Part shown: piece after piece, positions 58,312 to 64,000 of the stretch
How positions within the stretch are numbered: the first letter of the stretch is position 1
Layout of the letters: each line of letters starts with the position of its first letter
From: an uncultured Solirubrobacteraceae bacterium
GTDB taxonomy: Bacteria > Actinomycetota > Thermoleophilia > Solirubrobacterales > Solirubrobacteraceae
Length of the DNA: 64,000 bases
Direction of reading: 5' to 3'
Assembly: GCA_963716535.1 (NCBI GenBank)
Contig: OY970317.1
Span: 2,480,123-2,544,122 of the forward strand
Notes under the pieces: generated by a model
What the model was told of the DNA's origin: nothing
The model's input: the letters and a program-made list of their open reading frames with translations, nothing else
Databases searched by the model: none
Translations under genes and position numbers: made by a program

Positions 58312-59226
58312 CTACTCCGCTCGCGAGAACTCCACGATCGCGATCGCCAGCATCACTACCCCGAGCAGCGCGACGACCGCCGCCTCCAGCAGGCTCGGCA
58401 CGTGCCAGCCCCACCACGTCACGCCGGGAGCGAGCGCGTGGCGCGTGGCGGCGCTGACGTGCAGGTGGGCGAAGATCGCGCGGCGCATCGGGTCGACGGC
58501 GTAGGTGAGCGGGTCGATGCGGTTGAGGATCGCCAACCAGCGTTCGAGGTGCGCGACGGAGAACATCGCCCCGGAGATGAAGAACAGGGGCATGATCGCC
58601 ATCTGCATCAGCGCCATGAACGACTGCATCTGCTTGATGCGGGCGGCGGCCATCATGCCGAAGGCGGTGATCGAGAAGGCGAGCAGCACCTGCAGCGCGA
58701 ACAGCTCGGCGAACAGCCCGAGCGAGTATGGAACGTGGACGAGGCCGGCGATCGCGAGCACGATCACGCCCTGGAAGGCCGCGACGGTCGCCCCGCCGCA
58801 GCACTTGCCGAGCACGATCGACGAGCGCCTGACGGGCGCGACCATCATCTCGCGCAGGAAGCCGAACTCGCGGTCCCAGACGATCGACGCCGCCGAGAAC
58901 ATCGCGGTGAACATCACCGCCATGCACAGCACCCCGGGATAGATGAAGGTTTTGAAGTTGACGCCGTGCGTGCCCGCCGAGACCAGCGAGGAGAGCCCGG
59001 TGCCGAGCACGAACAGGAACAGGAACGGCTGGATCAGCGACGTGAGGATGCGCAGCCGGTCGCGGCTGAAGCGGATCAGCTCACGCTTCCACACGACCTT
59101 GATCGCGCGCAGCTCGGATCGCGCGCTGCGCGTCGGCACGCGCACGCGCGCGATCTCGTGTGGCTGGCGCGCCTGCCCGGGCGCGACCGGCGCGCCGCCG
59201 CGCGGGGCTGTCGTCTCGGTCGCCAT
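58312..59226 (-). CDS. ABC-2 type exporter permease (DrrB-like)
   Basis: DREFGFLREMMVAP, NRIDPLTYAVD, six TMs. Confidence 0.92.
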   Translation of the reverse strand: MATETTAPRGGAPVAPGQARQPHEIARVRVPTRSARSELRAIKVVWKRELIRFSRDRLRILTSLIQPFLFLFVLGTGLSSLVSAGTHGVNFKTFIYPGVLCMAVMFTAMFSAASIVWDREFGFLREMMVAPVRRSSIVLGKCCGGATVAAFQGVIVLAIAGLVHVPYSLGLFAELFALQVLLAFSITAFGMMAAARIKQMQSFMALMQMAIMPLFFISGAMFSVAHLERWLAILNRIDPLTYAVDPMRRAIFAHLHVSAATRHALAPGVTWWGWHVPSLLEAAVVALLGVVMLAIAIVEFSRAE

Positions 59227-59248
59227 CAGCTGCTCGCCTCCGTGCTCA

Positions 59249-60280
59249 TCAGCGCGCCATCATCCGCGCGACGTTGCGCATCTTGTCGGTGCTCGTGGAC
59301 TCGGCGTCGCGAATCGTCGTGCCGGTGTGCGCCATGAACACGTCGTCGAGCGACGGGCGCGAGACGCTCACGGTGCGGATCGCGGGGTGCGCGGGATCCC
59401 AAGCCTCGAACAGGCGCGGCAGGAACTGCTCGCCCTCCGGCACGCCGAACGTGACCGCGCCCTCGACGACCGTCGCCTCGATCTCGAAGCGCTCCCGCAG
59501 CGCCGCGATCGCCGCGTCGTCGTCGTCGGTGTGGATCTGCACGCGGTCCCTGCCGACCTGCGCCTTCAGCGCCGCGGGCGTGTCGAGCACGATGATGCGG
59601 CCGTGGTCCATGATCGCGATGCGATCGCAGTACTCGGCCTCGTCCATGTAGTGCGTCGTCAGGAAGATCGTGATGTCCTCGCGCGTCTTCAGCTCGCGGA
59701 TGTAGCGCCAGATCGAGCTGCGCGTCTGCGGGTCGAGGCCGACGGTCGGCTCGTCCAGAAACAGCACGCGCGGCGAGTGCAGGAGGCCACGCGCGATCTC
59801 CAGGCGCCGCTTCATGCCGCCGGAGAAGGTGTTGACGAGGCTGTCGCGGCGCTCCCATAGTGCGACCATCTCCATCACCTGGCGCATGCGCTCGGCCACC
59901 AGCTCGCGCGGAACGCCGTACAGCTCGGCGTGCAGGCGCAGGTTCTGCTCGGCGGTCAGGTAGCCGTCGAGCGTCGTGTCCTGAAATACCAGCCCGATGT
60001 TGCGCCTGACGTCGTCGCGCTCGTCGACGACGTCATAGCCGGCGACCCGCGCCGCGCCGTCGCTCGGCCGCACGAGCGTGCACAGCATGTTGATCGTCGT
60101 CGACTTGCCCGCGCCGTTCGGGCCCAGGAAGCCGAAGATCTCGCCGCCCCGGACCTCGAAGTCGATGCCGCGCACCGCTTCGAGGTCGTCGTAGCGCTTG
60201 ACCAAGCCTTCGACCGAGACGGCGGGGCCGGGCGCCGTCTCGGTTGCGTGGCTGGCTGTTGTCGTCGCCGTCTCGGTCAC
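59249..60280 (-). CDS. ABC exporter ATP-binding protein (DrrA-like)
   Basis: GPNGAGKST, FSGGMKRRLEIA, LFLDEPT. Confidence 0.95.
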   Translation of the reverse strand: MTETATTTASHATETAPGPAVSVEGLVKRYDDLEAVRGIDFEVRGGEIFGFLGPNGAGKSTTINMLCTLVRPSDGAARVAGYDVVDERDDVRRNIGLVFQDTTLDGYLTAEQNLRLHAELYGVPRELVAERMRQVMEMVALWERRDSLVNTFSGGMKRRLEIARGLLHSPRVLFLDEPTVGLDPQTRSSIWRYIRELKTREDITIFLTTHYMDEAEYCDRIAIMDHGRIIVLDTPAALKAQVGRDRVQIHTDDDDAAIAALRERFEIEATVVEGAVTFGVPEGEQFLPRLFEAWDPAHPAIRTVSVSRPSLDDVFMAHTGTTIRDAESTSTDKMRNVARMMAR

Positions 60281-61056
60281 CTGTTCTCGTCCACCGTACC
60301 GCCATCGGCGGCCTCGTCCGAGATGTGGCCGCCGTCGCTGGCCGCGCCGCCCTCGGCGCGCTCGGCGCTCTCGCCAGCGGGCTCGCCGGCGCTGTCTCCG
60401 TCAGCCAGGATCCGGTACAGGTCGCGGCGCGTCGCCGTGAGCACGCCGGCGGCCTTCGCGATCTGCCCCTCGCTGCCCGTGTGCATCACCTGCATGAACG
60501 CCGAGGCGACCTCGCGCATCAGCCGGCCGAGTTCGTGCCTGCCGCCGGCGCCGTCGCCCGTCTGCTCCCACGGCGCCGGGCGCTCGTCACCGCGCTCGGC
60601 CACCAGCGCGCGGCCCGCGTCGGTGATCGCGAACAGCTTGCGCCCGTCGCTCTCCTCGGTGCGGATCAGGCCCTCGTCCTCGAGCTGCGCCAGCGCCGGG
60701 TAGACCGAGCCGGGGCTCGGGCTCCAGATGCCGCCGCTGCGCTCCTGAACCTCCTGCATGATCTGGTAGCCGTTGCGTGGCTCCTCCGCCAGCAGCAGCA
60801 GCGCCGCCGTGCGAATGTCGCCGCGCCTGGCCCTGCGCCCGCGTCCGCGCGGTCCCCCGCCCGCACCGCCGCCGCCGCCGCGGCCGAAGCCAAACGGGCC
60901 TCCGAACTGACCGCCGAAGTCGCCGCGAGCCTCGGGGCCGCGGCCACCGCGGTGTCCGTGACGGCCGTGACCGTGAGGACCGTGGCCCTCGTCGCCGTCG
61001 TGGCGGGTCCTGCAACCAGGCTTCGCGCCCGTTGAGTAATAAGCATCTCCAAACAT
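60277..61056 (-). CDS. PadR family regulator with Gly/His-rich N-terminus
   Basis: RGDIRTAALLLLAEEPRNGYQIM...PSPGSVYPAL.QLEDEGLI; start uncertain. Confidence 0.92.
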   Translation of the reverse strand: MFGDAYYSTGAKPGCRTRHDGDEGHGPHGHGRHGHRGGRGPEARGDFGGQFGGPFGFGRGGGGGAGGGPRGRGRRARRGDIRTAALLLLAEEPRNGYQIMQEVQERSGGIWSPSPGSVYPALAQLEDEGLIRTEESDGRKLFAITDAGRALVAERGDERPAPWEQTGDGAGGRHELGRLMREVASAFMQVMHTGSEGQIAKAAGVLTATRRDLYRILADGDSAGEPAGESAERAEGGAASDGGHISDEAADGGTVDENR

Positions 61057-61091
61057 ATCTACTTCCTATCGTGAGCTATCAAAGTACTTAC

Positions 61092-61103
61092 ACGATATAT
61101 CGT
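61092..61103. promoter_or_regulatory. Perfect palindrome ACGATATATCGT, candidate PadR operator
   Basis: 12-bp palindrome in an AT-rich patch upstream of the padR-ABC operon. Confidence 0.65.
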
Positions 61104-61228
61104 AACAGCACTCGCGTCAAGTCCCCCACATGTCAGCACCGACGCACATGGTCATTACGGGTCCGCGCGGCTCACAGCACCGGCCGCATGTCAGTGCGGC
61201 CGCGAGGGCTCGGTGCGCGCGCGCAGAG

Positions 61229-62014
61229 TCAGCGCCGCGGAGGGTGCTTCGGGCGGCGCGGGAAGCTGGCCGTGAAGGTGCCGGTCACGTCGATGGTGTC
61301 GCGTGTGCCCACCCATGCGGGGCCAAGCAGGCTGCTCGGATCCGCGAAGTGGAAGTCGACCGGTCTGGTGATGGTCCCGTCTGCGGGCAGGTGCTTGGCG
61401 GAGATGTCGACGCTCGGGTTGACTTCGCGCCAATGGCTGTCGGCTTCAGCGGGCAGTTTGTCATAGGGAACGAGCTGGCCTTCGATCATCGAGGTAGGAG
61501 GATCGACGGTCGGACAGTCGCGGCCTTCGGTGACGAGGCCCCCGGCGCTCGCCTCGGTCGGCAACACCCCCTGAGCGCGCAGGCGAACTTCGCCGTCTAG
61601 CAGGGTCTGCGCCCAGATCGAGAGATCCTGGCGAACGTCGAACGTCGGCGAGGCGAGGAGCTTGCAGCCCTCCGACTGGCTCGCCGCGCCGACGATGTCA
61701 TAGCTGCCGTGGGTGATCGTCAGCGTCTGCGCGTGGGCGGCCGGCTGATAGTCACGGGCATAGGCGGGATCGTAGATCGCGAGGCTGCCCTCCTCGTGGA
61801 AGTCGAATTCGATGATGACGCTGAAAAAGCCTTTCGTCCTCGGTTCTTCTTCGATCGCCGACTCGGAGTAGTGCCCTTCGTATTGCACGTGCGCGAGCGG
61901 CTCCGCACGAGCGACCTCGCTGCAAGCGAGGCAGCCGACAGCGAACGCGATCAGCAACGCGCCCACGCCATAGCGGGTGGGCACGAGCCGGTGGAGCCCC
62001 CAGATGCCGAGCAT
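61229..62014 (-). CDS. Hypothetical secreted protein
   Basis: Signal-like segment ending ARA; beta-rich mature region. Confidence 0.6.
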   Translation of the reverse strand: MLGIWGLHRLVPTRYGVGALLIAFAVGCLACSEVARAEPLAHVQYEGHYSESAIEEEPRTKGFFSVIIEFDFHEEGSLAIYDPAYARDYQPAAHAQTLTITHGSYDIVGAASQSEGCKLLASPTFDVRQDLSIWAQTLLDGEVRLRAQGVLPTEASAGGLVTEGRDCPTVDPPTSMIEGQLVPYDKLPAEADSHWREVNPSVDISAKHLPADGTITRPVDFHFADPSSLLGPAWVGTRDTIDVTGTFTASFPRRPKHPPRR

Positions 62015-62072
62015 CGGAGACGAGAATACCTCTCCGCTGCGCGACCGGCGGCCTTCTCAGCGCCGCGTGCTT

Positions 62073-62342
62073 CTACGCGGCGTAGCGCTGGGCGGCGCGA
62101 GCGCGGGCCTTGGCGGCCTCGACCTCGCGGTCCTTCGGCGGCGCGTTCGTCACCAGCTCGTCGAGCAGCCGTGCGGAGATCTCGTTGACGGCGTCGACCG
62201 CCCGCTCGAACGCCTCGGCGTTCGCCTGCGACGGCTTGGTGAAGCCGCTGATCTTGCGCACGTACTGCAGCGCCGAAGCGCGGATCTCCTCGTCGCTCGC
62301 CGGCGGCTCGAAGTTGTGGAGGTTGCGGATGTTTCTGCACAT
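62073..62342 (-). CDS. DUF2277 domain protein
   Basis: MCRNIRNLHNFEPPA.DEEI.A.ALQYVRKISG pattern. Confidence 0.88.
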   Translation of the reverse strand: MCRNIRNLHNFEPPASDEEIRASALQYVRKISGFTKPSQANAEAFERAVDAVNEISARLLDELVTNAPPKDREVEAAKARARAAQRYAA

Positions 62343-62530
62343 GCCCCGATCGTACACCCGCGACCCTCGAGTCCACCACCGTGAACACGTGCAGTTGACC
62401 TGGCCGCATGCGGCCAGGTCCTTGCCCGCACATGTGCGGGCAACCGGAGGGCGCATGCGCCCTCCGTCAGCCGGCGCATGCGCCGGCTGAACATCAGCTC
62501 AAGAAACAAGCATGCGCCCGGCAGAGCGCG

Positions 62531-64000
62531 CTAGTGCCTGAAGTGCCGCACGCCGGTGGCGACCATCGCGGCGCCTGCCGAGTCGACGGCGGCGATGACG
62601 TCCTCGTCGCGCACCGAGCCGCCGGGCTGGATGATCGCGGCGATACCTGCGTCGAGCGCGATCTGCGGGCCGTCGGCGAAGGGGAAGAAGGCATCTGAGG
62701 CGAGCGACGCGCCCGCCAGCGCGTCCGGCAGGAATTTCTGCGCCTTCTGGACCGCGATGCGCACCGCGTCCACGCGGCTCATCTGGCCCGCGCCGATGCC
62801 GATCGTGGCGCCGCCCGACGTGAGCACGATCGCGTTCGAGCGCACGTGCCGGCAGACGGTCCACGCGAACAGCATGTCCCGCCACTGCTCCTCGCTGGGC
62901 CCGCGCGCGCTGATCGTGCGCATCTGCTCGCGCGTCTCCGAAACGACGTCGTGGGTCTGCACGAGCTGGCCGCCGAGCACGGGCTTGGCTTCGATCTCGC
63001 GCAGCGGCGCCGGCCAGTCGCCCAGCTCCAGCAGGCGCACGTTCTTCTTCACCTGCAGCGCCTCGAGCGCGGCGGCGTCGTAGCCGGGCGCGAGCAGCAC
63101 CTCGATGAACTGCTTGCCCAGCGCGTCCGCGAACGCCAAGTCGACGGGGCGGTTGACGGCGATCACGCCGCCGTACGCGCTTTCGGGGTCGCACGCGAAG
63201 GCGCGTTCATATGCCTCTTGACCACTCGCGCCGATCGCGCAACCGCACGGGTTGTTGTGCTTGACGATCGCGCACGCCGGCTCGGCGAACTCCTCGACCA
63301 GCTCGCGCGCCGAGCTGAGGTCGAGCAGGTTGTTGAACGACAGCTCCTTGCCGTGCAGCTGCTCGACACCCGCGAGCAGATGCGTGGGCGAGCCCGCGCG
63401 CGCGTAGTACGCGGCCTGCTGGTGCGGGTTCTCGCCATAGCGCAAGTCCGTGACCTTCTCGTAGGCCTCGCGCCGGCTCTGCGGGAAGCCAGCCTCCGCG
63501 CCGCGCGTCGCGAACCACGTCGCGATCGCCGCGTCGTAGCGTGCGGTGCACGCGAACGCCTTGCCCGCGAGCGCTTTGCGCGTGGCCAGCGACAGGCGCC
63601 CCTCGGACTCGCGCAGCTCGTGCAGCAGGTGCTCGTAGTCGCTCGGGTCCACCACCACGGCCGCGAACGCGCTGTTCTTGGCCGCCGCCCTGATCATCGT
63701 CGGGCCGCCGATGTCGATGTTCTCGATCGCCTCCTCCTCGGAGGCGTCGCCGCGCGCGACCGTCTGCTCGAACGGGTACAGGTTCACGCACACCAGGTCC
63801 ACCTGCTCGATCTGGTGGTCGGCCGCCGCGCGCAGGTGCTCGTCCTCGTCGCGCCGCGCCAGCAGGCCGGCGTACAGACGCGAGTTCAGCGTCTTCACCC
63901 GCCCGTCCATCATCTCGGGGAAGCCCGTGAAGTCCTCGATCGCGCGCACCGGCACATCCGCCGCGGCCAGCTCGCGCGCGGTGCCGCCGGTCGACACCAG
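62531..64000 (-). CDS. purH: Bifunctional AICAR transformylase/IMP cyclohydrolase, 5' end outside window
   Basis: STGGT, GRVKTL, IDIGGPTMIRAAAKN, LRYGENPHQ, KHNNPCG, SDAFFPF, IIQPGGS.RD. Confidence 0.98.
   Translation of the reverse strand: MVSTGGTARELAAADVPVRAIEDFTGFPEMMDGRVKTLNSRLYAGLLARRDEDEHLRAAADHQIEQVDLVCVNLYPFEQTVARGDASEEEAIENIDIGGPTMIRAAAKNSAFAAVVVDPSDYEHLLHELRESEGRLSLATRKALAGKAFACTARYDAAIATWFATRGAEAGFPQSRREAYEKVTDLRYGENPHQQAAYYARAGSPTHLLAGVEQLHGKELSFNNLLDLSSARELVEEFAEPACAIVKHNNPCGCAIGASGQEAYERAFACDPESAYGGVIAVNRPVDLAFADALGKQFIEVLLAPGYDAAALEALQVKKNVRLLELGDWPAPLREIEAKPVLGGQLVQTHDVVSETREQMRTISARGPSEEQWRDMLFAWTVCRHVRSNAIVLTSGGATIGIGAGQMSRVDAVRIAVQKAQKFLPDALAGASLASDAFFPFADGPQIALDAGIAAIIQPGGSVRDEDVIAAVDSAGAAMVATGVRHFRH

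Overview
High-GC actinobacterial chromosome segment. The gene style and families suggest Thermoleophilia/Solirubrobacterales, which is an inference. Core-type genes lie at about 1-13.2 kb (antiporter, MFS/MarR, an mdlC + FAD/Fe-S dehydrogenase operon), 30-33.9 kb (fprA, P450, tRNA-Val, tRNA-Asp) and 53-64 kb (photolyase, GGDEF/HD-GYP, amidase, PadR-ABC exporter, purH). The main result is a ~13.6 kb integrative element (16291-29886) at the 3' end of tRNA-Lys(TTT). It encodes a large serine recombinase, a replication-relaxation protein, a VirD4-like ATPase, tandem XRE regulators and a PHP-ATPase (Ppl-like) candidate defence gene. Its two junctions share only TGC. Joining them extends the integrase in frame with a 111-aa HTH-like tail that now sits 13.6 kb away, so the attachment site appears to lie inside the integrase gene. 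Accessory DNA after tRNA-Asp carries three more toxin-antitoxin modules, an ice-binding (DUF3494) gene coupled to L,D-transpeptidases, a GGDEF-EAL gene reading into an antitoxin, and an AT-richer TM-GAF + divergent SAH-hydrolase-like gene pair. Several island genes are broken by indels, mostly in short runs; these may be sequencing errors. All domain calls come from motifs read by eye, not from database searches. No CRISPR array, rRNA or prophage structural genes were seen.
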